DNA of 32,000 nucleotides from Halomicronema hongdechloris C2206 (GCF_002075285.3 NZ_CP021983.2:3840001-3872000), one strand, 5' to 3'. Shown: positions 1 through 9,390, counted from the first letter of the stretch. A program made the numbers and translations. Notes: a model not told the origin generated them from the letters alone.

Positions 1-1
1 C

Positions 2-727
2 GGGGCCGCCAGTGGCATTGGCCGCGCCTGTGCTCAGACCCTAGAACGGCAGGGGGCCGCCGTCGTCGGCCTCGATCTCGACGCCCGCATCACCGAGGTC
101 GGCAATACCCCCACCCTGGTAGGGATCCATGGGGATGTGACCGTGAGCACTGACCTACAGCGGGCCGTGGAGACGGCGGTAGAGCGCTTTGGTGGCCTGG
201 ATATCCTGGTGGCCAATGCCGGTATCTTCCCGCCGGGGCAACCCATTGAGACCATGGATGCCGCCCTGTGGCAGAAGAGTCTCTCGGTGAATCTCAGCAG
301 CCATCAACAGTTGCTAACCGAAGCCATTCCCTATCTGCGCCATGGCATCGACCCGACGGTGGTGGTGATTGCCTCCCGCAATGTGCTGGCTCCCGGCCCT
401 GGGGCCGCCGCCTACTCCGTGGCCAAGGCCGGATTGACCCAGCTGGCCCGCATCGCCGCCCTAGAGCTGGCCAGTGATGGCATTCGGGTGAATATCCTGC
501 ATCCCGACTGTGTCTATGACACCGGCATTTGGAGTGAGGAGGTTCTGCAGGCCCGGGCCGAACACTATGGCCTCACCGTGGCCGAGTATAAGACCCGCAA
601 TCTGCTCAAGGTAGACGTGTCCTCGGCAGAGGTGGCGGAGCTGGTCTGTGCCCTGGCCAGCCCCCTATTCGCCAAGACCACCGGCGCCCAGATTCCCATT
701 GATGGTGGTAATGAGCGGGTGATTTGA
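2..727 (+). CDS. SDR-family short-chain dehydrogenase/reductase, 5'-truncated by the window edge
   Basis: Frame 2 is open from nt 2. It reads GAASGIGRA (Rossmann glycine motif), NAGI and YSVAKAG (catalytic YxxxK). The Met at 137 in the ORF track is internal. Confidence 0.85.
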   Translation, partial: GAASGIGRACAQTLERQGAAVVGLDLDARITEVGNTPTLVGIHGDVTVSTDLQRAVETAVERFGGLDILVANAGIFPPGQPIETMDAALWQKSLSVNLSSHQQLLTEAIPYLRHGIDPTVVVIASRNVLAPGPGAAAYSVAKAGLTQLARIAALELASDGIRVNILHPDCVYDTGIWSEEVLQARAEHYGLTVAEYKTRNLLKVDVSSAEVAELVCALASPLFAKTTGAQIPIDGGNERVI

Positions 728-730
728 CCA

Positions 731-765
731 TTCAAAGTTCAAAGTTCAATATTCAAAGTTCAAAA
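731..765. repeat. Five tandem copies of a heptamer (TTCAAAG, TTCAAAG, TTCAATA, TTCAAAG, TTCAAAA) filling the SDR/fibrillin intergenic spacer
   Basis: Read directly from the sequence. The last copy overlaps the first base of the ATG at 765. It resembles the heptameric short tandem repeats (STRR-like) known in cyanobacteria. Confidence 0.8.
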
Positions 766-1532
766 TGACAACTGATACCACTCATCTCGCCGACAGACTC
801 GCTGCTAAGGCAGCGCTGCGCCAGGTACTGGCTGAGCATGATGGCGATCCCCACCACGAGGCGGTGGCGGCGGCCATCGATACCCTGGCGGCCCTGAACC
901 CAACCCCGGCCCCGACCCAGACCCCCGATCTATTGGAGGGGGAATTGCGGCTGATCAGTGCCCCCAGCTTCCCCGATGGCCAAAAGCTAGACGATGGCAG
1001 CTACTGCTATAGCCTGGGGCGACTGGCCTTCGATATGTTTCAGCCCCGCAACCTGAGGCTGGTGATCAACCAGGTCTGGCAACCGGTGTGGCCAATCCAG
1101 GGGGGCCCCCAGCGCAGCCACGACATCGTGGTGGACTTCACGACCCGCCAGGACAATGAGCCGCCGCTGCGGGGCATCGTACGCAATCTGGGGGGCTGTG
1201 AGCCAGCCAATGATACGGCGCTGCGGGTGTGGTTTACGGGGGGTGTCCTGGAACCGGCCCCAGGCACTGACCTGAGCCAGTGGAATACTGTCTTCGGGGA
1301 CCAAACCCAGCCTGCCCCCGACTCCCTGAAGAGCTGGTTTCAGGGCCTGTTCCTGAAGCTGATGTTCGGCCTGGTGCCTCCCGCTGGCATAGACCCCAAC
1401 ACTGGCCGGGTGGAGTTTCAAATGAAGCGGTCCCCCAAAGGCTCCTTGACGATTCTGTACCTGGATGAGGAGCTGCGGATTACCCGCGGCCATAAAGAGA
1501 CGGTGCTGATATGCGATCGCATCAGTCTCTGA
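765..1532 (+). CDS. PAP/fibrillin-like domain protein
   Basis: 255-aa ORF with the usual fibrillin layout: an N-terminal helical part ending in LNPTPAP, then LLEGELRL, and a C-terminal LTILYLDEELRITRGHKETVLICDR (compare the LDxDLRIxRG motif). The assignment is from memory of the family pattern only. Confidence 0.55.
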   Translation: MTTDTTHLADRLAAKAALRQVLAEHDGDPHHEAVAAAIDTLAALNPTPAPTQTPDLLEGELRLISAPSFPDGQKLDDGSYCYSLGRLAFDMFQPRNLRLVINQVWQPVWPIQGGPQRSHDIVVDFTTRQDNEPPLRGIVRNLGGCEPANDTALRVWFTGGVLEPAPGTDLSQWNTVFGDQTQPAPDSLKSWFQGLFLKLMFGLVPPAGIDPNTGRVEFQMKRSPKGSLTILYLDEELRITRGHKETVLICDRISL

Positions 1533-1692
1533 ACAATATGTCTCTAAGGGGGACTTCGAAAAGTACAAATCTTATTGAGAATGGTGACGAAGTTTCAGTG
1601 GCTTGGGCTCTCGAGATTCTCAAGCCATACTCGCCCTGCTTACGGCACTCTTTGGCAATATTAAAGCAATTCCCTACAAGACTCAGCAAGAC

Positions 1693-4164
1693 ATGAGCGA
1701 TAACCACCGTCGCCTAATCCTGTTTAGAACCCTAAGTGCCTTGGTGCCGCCGCAGTTTGAGGAGATTCGATTTGCTCTCAAACCGCCACCAGGTATTGTC
1801 CCTGAGGGAGTTGCTGCCCAAGGTAACCGCGCCTATGCTCTGCTGAGCTGGGCAGCAAGTCCGACCGGCTGTGGGTTAGACACCGTTATCGAAACCCTAG
1901 AGCAGCTTTTTCCGGGAGTTCTGCGAGAGGAAGACTCAACTTTAGAAGAAGCCCCGTGGAATCTGCCTTATCCTCGAAACCCCTACTTCACTGGGCGGGA
2001 TGAAATCCTGACAGAGCTACATCAAAAGCTGAACGATACCAGGACCGCCGCAAGTTCCCAAACTCAGGTAATCAGCGGATTGGGAGGTATTGGTAAAACT
2101 CAAACAGCAGTTGAATATGCCTACCGCTATCGCGACGACTACCGCTACGTGTTTTGGGTTCAGGCCGACACGGAGTTGGAGCTGACGAATGGCTATGTGC
2201 GCATTGCCCAGTTGATGAACCTCCCCCTAAAGGATGCCGAAAACCAGGAAGAAACGGTGCAGTCGGTGCGGGTGTGGCTGGGGCGGGAAGAGGGCTGGCT
2301 GCTGATCTTTGACAATGCTGATCGCCCCGAGAGGGTAAAGCCTTTTTTGCCTCGTGAGGTGAGGGGCCACATTTTATTCACCTCCAGAGCGCAGGATTTT
2401 CAAGCTCTGGGCATTGTGCAATTTATCGAAATGAAAACGTTGTCATCGAAGGAGGCCAGACGTTTTCTTCTGTGGCGTACTGGGCGAGATCAAGGAATCA
2501 CCCAGGAAGATCCCGAATTTCCTACCGCCAACGAACTCGCCAACGAACTCGCCAACGAACTCGGCAATCTACCCCTCGCTTTGGAGCAGGCCGCGGCCTA
2601 TATCGTTACTAATCAAGTCAGATTTGCAGATTATCTCAAGAGCTATCGTAGAAAATGCTTAAGGCGGCTGAAAGAGGCCAAACCTGAGCTGGGCGACTAT
2701 CGCAAATCTATTGAGACCACCTGGACTTTGAATCTAAAGGAAGTTCAGAAAATCTCCCCTGCTGCTGCTGATCTGCTGAACTACTGTACCTTTCTGCATC
2801 CCGATGCAATCCCCTTTGAGCTGTTCATTCAAGGAGCAGGTGAATTGGGGGAGCCGTTAGCCACTGCTTTGGTCGATGCTATGGATGACCCGCTGGAATT
2901 CTATGATTTGCTGAAGCCTCTACGTAGCTATTCCTTAATTTGGGTGAACTCAGATAACCAGAGCTTTAGCCTGCATCGCCTGGTGCAAGAGGTTCTGCGG
3001 TCAGACATGTCTTGTGAGGAGCAAACCCGGTGGGCAGAAAAGATAGTTGCAGCTATTACGAATGTATTTCCCGACACAGAGTTTGAAAACTGGGAGCAGT
3101 GTAAACGCATTCTTCCTCACGCCTTAAAAGCTATTGACTGGATAAACGAATACATCTTGGAATCAGAAGTCGCTGCTCAGCTGCTTCGTAAAACTGGGAA
3201 TTATTTGCAGGAAAGGGGACAGTATAAAGGAAGCAAACCTTTAGTCGAACGTTTCTACGAAAAAGCCTATGAGATGACACGTAAACTTTTCGGTGAAGCT
3301 CATATTGAAGTGGCAGCGAGCTTAAACGATTTAGGCTCACTGTATAAAGATCAGGAACGCTATCGGGAAGCAAAAAATAAACATGAAAAAGCACTTGATA
3401 TTTATAGACTGCTTCTGGATAATGAGCACGTGGATATAGCGACTACCCTACATCATTTAGCAGATCTCTATATCTGTGTACATCAATACAGAAAAGCCGA
3501 GAAGTTGTGTCAACAAGCCTTAAAAATGTATCAGGCTTTGTTAGATGAAGAGCATTCCCACGTGATTTGCAGCTGTCATACTCTAGCTATTATTTATAGC
3601 AATGAGGGACGCTATGAAGAAGCCGAGTCCAAATATCGAAAGGTTTTGCAGGCATATAGAAATCTTAAAGGAGAAGAGCATCCTAATGTGGCCGCGTGCC
3701 TCCATAATCTAGGTGAATTCTACAAAGCTTGGGGAATCTATCATCACAAAAAACGCCCTAATCTGGAAGAGGGTGAGAAGTATCTTCGACAGGGTGAGTC
3801 CTATTATCAGCAATCACTAGAGATGTATAAAAAGCTATTGGGAGAAGACCATCCCTATGTTGCGCAGAGTCTTAGTAATTTAGCCGGGTTCTATAATAAT
3901 CCATGGGGTAATTACGAAAAATCGGAAGAATACTACAATAAGGCTCTTGAAACATATAAGCACTTGTTTGGCGAGGAGCATCCTGGCTATGCACGCACGC
4001 TTAGAGACTCTGCTATTTTGTACAAAGCTTATGGAGATTATAATTTAGCTGAACCTCGGCTACAGCGTGCTCTAAATATATTTATAGACAGACTTGGAGA
4101 CGATCATCCAGATACAGTGAAGACCCGAGAACTGCTAGATAAATTACGACGTTTCGGCCAGTGA
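1693..4164 (+). CDS. STAND NTPase: N-terminal effector-associated-domain-like helical module + NB-ARC P-loop ATPase + C-terminal TPR (kinesin-light-chain-type) repeats
   Basis: Walker A GLGGIGKTQTA; Walker B LLIFDNAD; GxP/GLPL-type motif GNLPLALEQAAAY. At least seven TPR-like units of the form LGxLYxxQGxYxEAExxYxxAL follow. The N-terminus (LSALVPPQFEEIRFAL...RAYALLSWA) resembles the adaptor domains seen on conflict-system STANDs. The ATG at 1693 is preferred over the TTG at 1603. Confidence 0.85.
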   Translation: MSDNHRRLILFRTLSALVPPQFEEIRFALKPPPGIVPEGVAAQGNRAYALLSWAASPTGCGLDTVIETLEQLFPGVLREEDSTLEEAPWNLPYPRNPYFTGRDEILTELHQKLNDTRTAASSQTQVISGLGGIGKTQTAVEYAYRYRDDYRYVFWVQADTELELTNGYVRIAQLMNLPLKDAENQEETVQSVRVWLGREEGWLLIFDNADRPERVKPFLPREVRGHILFTSRAQDFQALGIVQFIEMKTLSSKEARRFLLWRTGRDQGITQEDPEFPTANELANELANELGNLPLALEQAAAYIVTNQVRFADYLKSYRRKCLRRLKEAKPELGDYRKSIETTWTLNLKEVQKISPAAADLLNYCTFLHPDAIPFELFIQGAGELGEPLATALVDAMDDPLEFYDLLKPLRSYSLIWVNSDNQSFSLHRLVQEVLRSDMSCEEQTRWAEKIVAAITNVFPDTEFENWEQCKRILPHALKAIDWINEYILESEVAAQLLRKTGNYLQERGQYKGSKPLVERFYEKAYEMTRKLFGEAHIEVAASLNDLGSLYKDQERYREAKNKHEKALDIYRLLLDNEHVDIATTLHHLADLYICVHQYRKAEKLCQQALKMYQALLDEEHSHVICSCHTLAIIYSNEGRYEEAESKYRKVLQAYRNLKGEEHPNVAACLHNLGEFYKAWGIYHHKKRPNLEEGEKYLRQGESYYQQSLEMYKKLLGEDHPYVAQSLSNLAGFYNNPWGNYEKSEEYYNKALETYKHLFGEEHPGYARTLRDSAILYKAYGDYNLAEPRLQRALNIFIDRLGDDHPDTVKTRELLDKLRRFGQ
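2527..2562 (+). repeat. Perfect 12-bp x3 in-frame tandem repeat GCCAACGAACTC (encodes ANEL-ANEL-ANEL) inside the STAND gene
   Basis: Read directly. It lies immediately upstream of the GNLPLAL motif of the NB-ARC module. Confidence 0.95.
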
Positions 4165-4283
4165 GACTTAGGACTCTAAGCCCTACTGGCCTTTGGAGAA
4201 AACCGCGAAATCAGTTCGTTCTGATCGGTCCTGTAGTTCTACGATCCATTAGAAAAATGTAGGAACTGATAGCAGCAATCTAC

Positions 4284-5813
4284 TCATTCAGATTGACTGT
4301 TGCTGTATAACTGAGACTCGCTGATAAACTCCTGCAGCTCTTGAGGGTTTTCATCAGCGAAACGTCGAAATATAGCTGCTGCTCTGACCAGTTCAGTTGC
4401 TTCTTTTTGAGGATAATAACGGCGGAGGCCACTATGCCGTGCCAAAGTATAGGCTCTGGAACGATCCAAAGCAGCAGTCTTATAGTCAGGATCACCCGGC
4501 CTTAAGTCATTGATCGAACCTTCGTTATCGTCCACCTTGAAAAAGCCAAATTCACTGACATAAACTGCCTCTCGGCCTAACACTTGGAAGTCCAAATATA
4601 CTGTAGTATCTATTGCTCCGTTGAGTTGAAAGACTCCCTTTGAGTTGCCAGCTTCATTTATTAGAGATGTGATATTGGCAGAAGTATCAAGTTCTTCTGA
4701 AATGAGACTAGAATCGGTAATTCCTTGCACCTTAACTTTCAAATCGTCAAAATCTCCGTCATTTCCAATCAGTTGGTCTTCCCATTTCAGTAGTAGCCCG
4801 TCCTCCTGAGACTCCGACTTGATAGGAGAAAAATCATTGAGATTAGCCTTTGGCACACTAAATAAGACGTGCACTGGTTGATCTCCTTGATACCCCTCGG
4901 AAGGAGACATCACGGATTCTGCAGGAGCATCAACTACCAGGTAAAAAGCAATATACTCCCCAGATTCGAGGCTAATCCCTTCAAATCCCCAATATTCATC
5001 GATATGGTATCCAAATTGGTCCACATAGCCCCAATCTACCCAATCGCTCAGAACCGAACATTGATCGGTGTTGAATGCTTTCACGCTTTCTGGACTGCAA
5101 GCCTGCTCAATTTCTTCTATGTAGGCATACTCGGCACCTTCATAGTTCGTCCAATGGTATCGAGATAAAAGCCCTTCTGCTTGAGCTTTTCCGTCAGCTA
5201 GACGAGTGACAAAATCAGTGTCTATGTCGGTGTTAACGTAAGAACCACCGAACGTTTCGGCGGGATCAGGCTGAGAATCATGCCCAAGGCTAGCATTGAG
5301 TTCTTCCTTGAGCCAACTATCATCAAATGAATTCAGAAGGAGACTATCAAAGTCTAGGAATTCCAGAATCTCGGGAACTTTGCCTTGAGCTAATTCAGCA
5401 GGGGTAAATCCACCGGGCACAGACACTAATTCATCTTCAGGATTACTCGTTTCAGGTAGCCAGGCAGAGTATGCGCCTATCTGCCCAGTGAGTACCCACT
5501 GGGATAAAGAAATGGCCGTCTCGGGAGAAATATCTAGCTGATAGCAGATGTCTTCAAAGAGTAGGCAAACTCGCTGACCGGAATCTGACTGAATATCTAT
5601 CTGCAGGTCCAAATCTTTGACAGAAATAGCTTGTTCATCTGGTCCGAAAAAGTTGCTAGACCCTTGTAAAACTACTCCACCCCAGTCGTCAACCCTTGCA
5701 AAGACTTGACGTATTTTTGGCGTTGAGCCTGTGGCGATTGCGACCTCAGAGCAGATGCTTGAGAGCGCGAGACCGATAAGAAAGGCATTTTTGATTGGCT
5801 TCATTTGTTTCAC
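4284..5813 (-). CDS. Secreted protein with a DUF4114-like region
   Basis: N-terminal signal-peptide-like segment (KPIKNAFLIGLALSSICSEVAIA). LLLKWEDQLIGNDGDFDDLKVKV matches the remembered DUF4114 core (xEDxxxGGDxDFNDxV). Confidence 0.55.
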   Translation of the reverse strand: MKQMKPIKNAFLIGLALSSICSEVAIATGSTPKIRQVFARVDDWGGVVLQGSSNFFGPDEQAISVKDLDLQIDIQSDSGQRVCLLFEDICYQLDISPETAISLSQWVLTGQIGAYSAWLPETSNPEDELVSVPGGFTPAELAQGKVPEILEFLDFDSLLLNSFDDSWLKEELNASLGHDSQPDPAETFGGSYVNTDIDTDFVTRLADGKAQAEGLLSRYHWTNYEGAEYAYIEEIEQACSPESVKAFNTDQCSVLSDWVDWGYVDQFGYHIDEYWGFEGISLESGEYIAFYLVVDAPAESVMSPSEGYQGDQPVHVLFSVPKANLNDFSPIKSESQEDGLLLKWEDQLIGNDGDFDDLKVKVQGITDSSLISEELDTSANITSLINEAGNSKGVFQLNGAIDTTVYLDFQVLGREAVYVSEFGFFKVDDNEGSINDLRPGDPDYKTAALDRSRAYTLARHSGLRRYYPQKEATELVRAAAIFRRFADENPQELQEFISESQLYSNSQSE

Positions 5814-6142
5814 CTCTCATAATTGGAAGAGCTTCATCTGGGTAGTGTTTGTTCCATCGGTATTTGCATTCTGCTGATGGATAACAGGCATGAGCGTACA
5901 AATGCTGAGCTCCCATATGCTCAATCTGCGAAACCCTTTGCATCTCAAGCACTGTTGATAGCTCATTACCACTAGTAGGTACCGATTCAGTTTGGTTCAC
6001 AGAAATGGCAAAAAATCTGATGTGGCTTCATGAGTGCATCACTTCAAACCACCGACATTGAATGATATGTAGCTCGGGAGCTCCAGCAATCAAACTGTTG
6101 CAATAAAGGCTATTGACCCTACATCACTACTGGAGAACTAAA

Positions 6143-6304
6143 ATGGGTATGAAGCAGAACCTGTTCTCAAAACTATTCATCTGGCTCTTCCTCGAAATTT
6201 TGCTTTCAGCTCTCAACTTGGATGATCTGGCAGACTATGGCGAATTCCTTAACGTCTCTCGACACAACTTGGCCGTTGAAACCAGCGTTGTACGTATTTC
6301 TTAA
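6143..6304 (+). CDS. Small hypothetical protein (53 aa from the ATG at 6143) with one hydrophobic helix
   Basis: A GGAG at 6132-6135 lies 7 nt before the ATG. Sequence MGMKQNLFSKLFIWLFLEILLSALNLDDLADYGEF. No family recognised. Confidence 0.3.
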   Translation: MGMKQNLFSKLFIWLFLEILLSALNLDDLADYGEFLNVSRHNLAVETSVVRIS

Positions 6305-6495
6305 TAAGATTGGGCCAGGATGGTGAATAACATGTCCCGGCTTGCTTAGGGAAGAGGCTAATAATCGTGATATGGACGTTGTCAGTCAGATTGTTGCCAA
6401 AGTATTTGTAGCGTTTCTGAATTTCTTTGCTAAAGTTAGACGAACTCGAGCAACAGTGTGGTTAGGCATAGCCCCAGCCAGCAATCAGCGCCTCC

Positions 6496-9390
6496 ATGAA
6501 GCATGCATCTTCCATCCTCATCCGCAGCATTTTCACTTCATTGTTCCTGCTTGGGGACTTCACTGCAGATTTAGCGCTAGCCAACGAGCCGCCAGCTATC
6601 TTGGCCAGTCATCGAAGTCAGCTTCAAAGTCAGCTTCCCTCGCACCTGACGATGCGCCTGCCTGCTGATAGTTGGCTACAGGAGTTGCTCACCTCAGAAG
6701 AGGATTACTCTGTTCACATATTTCCTGCATCAGCAGAGTCAGGCCTCGCCATTGGACTGTTTACTTGCGATGACATTTCTCCAGACTGTCTAATTGCTAG
6801 CTTTTCTACCCTGGAAGTATCCTCTCCGACTGCTCAAGCAGCATTGCAACAACATCAGGCAGCTGCAGCTCCCATTACCCTTGCCCCTGAAGCGCGAGGG
6901 TATTTGTTGGATGGGTCGAAACTCAGCCCACAGGCTGAACTTTCTTCAGTTGTTTGGGTGCAGGATAACCAGCTTTACGCGGTGCGATTCCCTGCAGACG
7001 TTCGCCAAACGGGATTGTACCTGGCACACTCAATGGCGATTGCCCCACCCCTGTCAGGCATCAGTACTATTACAGAGACTGCGAACGCTCCCACCGAAGA
7101 ATCTGAAGTTACAACTAGAAATCAAATTATCGAGCTATCCTCCGGTGGATTGGCAGCCTTGGCGGAAGCATTAGCCCAACAGTTGCCAGCCGCTGTATCC
7201 ATGAGGTTACCTGAGCGAATGCTATCGCTAGAAACCACAGCAAATGATGAGGCCAACTATCAGCTCGAAGTAATTCCCACAACGACGTCAGATACTTTAA
7301 CAGCGAGTATATTTACCTGCCGAGCCACCACACCAGATTGCTTCCTGGGGCATTTTTCAGCCAGTGCGGGGACGTCGGCAGCAGCAGAGGACTTACATCG
7401 GCAGCATCAGGAGCAAGGAAATTCAGTTACGCTTAGCAGAGAAATTACAGCCTATGTTTTGGAGCTAGTTGAGGGAGATGCCTTTTCGCCCTTGGTGTCG
7501 GTGATGTGGCAGCAAGATAGGCAATTTTATAGGCTCCAGTTTCCGGTGCAAGCGCGGCAAAATATGCTGTTCACGGCACTGTCTATGATCAAAGGGCCGA
7601 TAGTGGTTTCGGCCCATTCAGAGCCTGTAGCTGTCACTGCTGATAATGGGCGCGGGGATGAGTCGTTGTCTTCCATTCCTGAGGAACCGGCCCCGCTACT
7701 GCAATTGCAGGAGGTAGAGACGGCGGCTATCAGTGATAGCACTGCCCAGGCATTACCTCCAGATTCTGTGTCTCCAGATGCTTCCGAGGAAGCAGTGCCT
7801 GCCCCCGCTTCAGAGGCAGAGCCATCATTACTCGAAAGGGCAGAGATTGAAATTCGTGGTGTTGAAGTAAAGGGCAGCACGATCTTTGACAAGATTGACT
7901 TCCAGCCTATTCTTGAGGAAGCGGGGATACATCCCAACTTACTGGAGAATGAAACTCAAACCGTGAATTTGCCGCAGTTGATTAATGTGGCTAACGGCAT
8001 TACACAACTCTATGTGGACCAGGGCTATATAACTTCTCAGGCGATTCCCCCAAATCGAGACAACTTTCCTGACGTTTCAGAGAATGGAATTGTCTATCTG
8101 CAGGTAATTGAGGGACAGTTGGGCGAGATTAACATTCAGGGCACAGAACACTTACAAGAAAGCTATGTCCGTAGTCGGCTGGAATTAGGAGTGACATCGC
8201 CTCTACGAATTGATCGCATTGAGGAACAACTGCGGTTGTTGCAGGTGGACCCCAATCTGTCTGCTGTTGAGGCAACGCTCAAACCGACAGGTACCCTTGG
8301 GTTGAGTAATCTGGAGGTGACGGTAGAGGAAGCCCCGACCTTTGTGGCAGGAATTTCAGTCGATAACTATTCGCCACCCAGGGTTGGTAGTGAGCGGACT
8401 GGAATTGACGTGGCGCTTCGGAACCTGGCTGGGTGGGGCGACTCGCTCTCAGGCTCCTATTTTCGATCCACGACGGGCGGAGCAGAGGTCTTTGATTTCC
8501 GATATACGGTGCCTTTAAACGCCATGAATGGAACCCTACAGTTTCGAGCTGCGCCGGAGCGCAATGAAGTGACCCTATCCGATTTCAGGGAGTTGGGGCT
8601 GCGGGGGGAGATTGAGCGCTACGGTGTGCAGTTACGGCAACCCGTGATTCGATCGCTCAATGAGGAGCTAGCGCTATCGTTAGGCTTTACGTTTCAGGAG
8701 GGGCAGACTTTTGTGTTTGACCAGGAGCCCGCTCCCTTTGGTATCGGCCCGGATGAAGATGGGGTGAGCCGGACCAGTGTCTTCACCTTTAGGCAAGAAT
8801 ACGTTAGCCGAGACAGTTTCGGAGCCTGGGCATTGCAGTCTCAGTTTAATTTTGGTACCGGATTATTTGAGGCCACGGCAAATCCCTCGTCGATTCCGGA
8901 TGGTCAATTCTTTAGCTGGTTGTTTCAGGCCCAGCGGCTGCAGCGTCTGAGTGACAAGCATTTGCTGGTGATTGGAGCCGATGTGCAGTTGACACCGAAT
9001 ATGCTGCTGCCGGCTCATCAGTTCACCATTGGCGGGGGGCAATTGGTGCGCGGCTTCCGGCAAAATGCTCGTTCTGGGGATAATGGCTTTCGTTTCTCCA
9101 TAGAAGATCGCATTACGGTGACGCGGTTGCCATCTGGTGTGCCGGAAGTCCAGCTAGCCCCGTTTGTCGATATGGGGATGGTGTGGAATACGGCAGGGAA
9201 TCCGAATATTTTGCCAGAGCAACGATTTCTGGCGGGTGTGGGCATTGGTGGCATTTGGGATTGGTTTTTGGGGATAGAGCGACTAAGTGTCCGGCTGGAC
9301 TACGCCTTGCCGCTAATTGATTTAGAGGATCGCGGTAACAACGCTCAAGATTCCGGCTTCTATTTTCGCGTGAATTATCGGACTGAATAG
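6496..9390 (+). CDS. ShlB/FhaC/HecB-family two-partner-secretion transporter (TpsB, Omp85 superfamily) with a long duplicated N-terminal extension
   Basis: Signal peptide present. POTRA-like segment EIRGVEVKGSTIF...LYVDQGYITSQAIPP...VYLQVIEGQLGEINIQG. The C-terminal barrel carries the conserved GGGQLVRGF motif and ends in F-rich beta strands (FYFRVNYRTE). Confidence 0.9.
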   Translation: MKHASSILIRSIFTSLFLLGDFTADLALANEPPAILASHRSQLQSQLPSHLTMRLPADSWLQELLTSEEDYSVHIFPASAESGLAIGLFTCDDISPDCLIASFSTLEVSSPTAQAALQQHQAAAAPITLAPEARGYLLDGSKLSPQAELSSVVWVQDNQLYAVRFPADVRQTGLYLAHSMAIAPPLSGISTITETANAPTEESEVTTRNQIIELSSGGLAALAEALAQQLPAAVSMRLPERMLSLETTANDEANYQLEVIPTTTSDTLTASIFTCRATTPDCFLGHFSASAGTSAAAEDLHRQHQEQGNSVTLSREITAYVLELVEGDAFSPLVSVMWQQDRQFYRLQFPVQARQNMLFTALSMIKGPIVVSAHSEPVAVTADNGRGDESLSSIPEEPAPLLQLQEVETAAISDSTAQALPPDSVSPDASEEAVPAPASEAEPSLLERAEIEIRGVEVKGSTIFDKIDFQPILEEAGIHPNLLENETQTVNLPQLINVANGITQLYVDQGYITSQAIPPNRDNFPDVSENGIVYLQVIEGQLGEINIQGTEHLQESYVRSRLELGVTSPLRIDRIEEQLRLLQVDPNLSAVEATLKPTGTLGLSNLEVTVEEAPTFVAGISVDNYSPPRVGSERTGIDVALRNLAGWGDSLSGSYFRSTTGGAEVFDFRYTVPLNAMNGTLQFRAAPERNEVTLSDFRELGLRGEIERYGVQLRQPVIRSLNEELALSLGFTFQEGQTFVFDQEPAPFGIGPDEDGVSRTSVFTFRQEYVSRDSFGAWALQSQFNFGTGLFEATANPSSIPDGQFFSWLFQAQRLQRLSDKHLLVIGADVQLTPNMLLPAHQFTIGGGQLVRGFRQNARSGDNGFRFSIEDRITVTRLPSGVPEVQLAPFVDMGMVWNTAGNPNILPEQRFLAGVGIGGIWDWFLGIERLSVRLDYALPLIDLEDRGNNAQDSGFYFRVNYRTE

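Noticed and set aside
987-1568. 193-aa antisense ORF opposite the fibrillin-like gene, plus small ORFs at 1040-1267 and 1280-1468
   Set aside because: There are no recognisable motifs and the region is GC-rich. The sense frame has the fibrillin-like pattern and a sensible start just after the heptamer repeat.
1603-1692. A TTG start at 1603 would extend the STAND protein by 30 aa
   Set aside because: The extension has no conserved look and uses a rare start codon. The ATG at 1693 begins directly at the adaptor-like domain. This remains uncertain without homolog alignment.
5746-6000. 84-aa minus-strand ORF overlapping the 5' end of the DUF4114 gene; likewise the 108-aa ORF at 6342-6668 overlapping the TpsB start
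   Set aside because: No motifs and no SD. Both overlap better-supported genes or their signal-peptide regions.
7651-7659. RGD tripeptide (GRGDES) in the linker of the TpsB protein
   Set aside because: A three-residue motif in a low-complexity acidic linker is expected by chance, and nothing supports an adhesion role.
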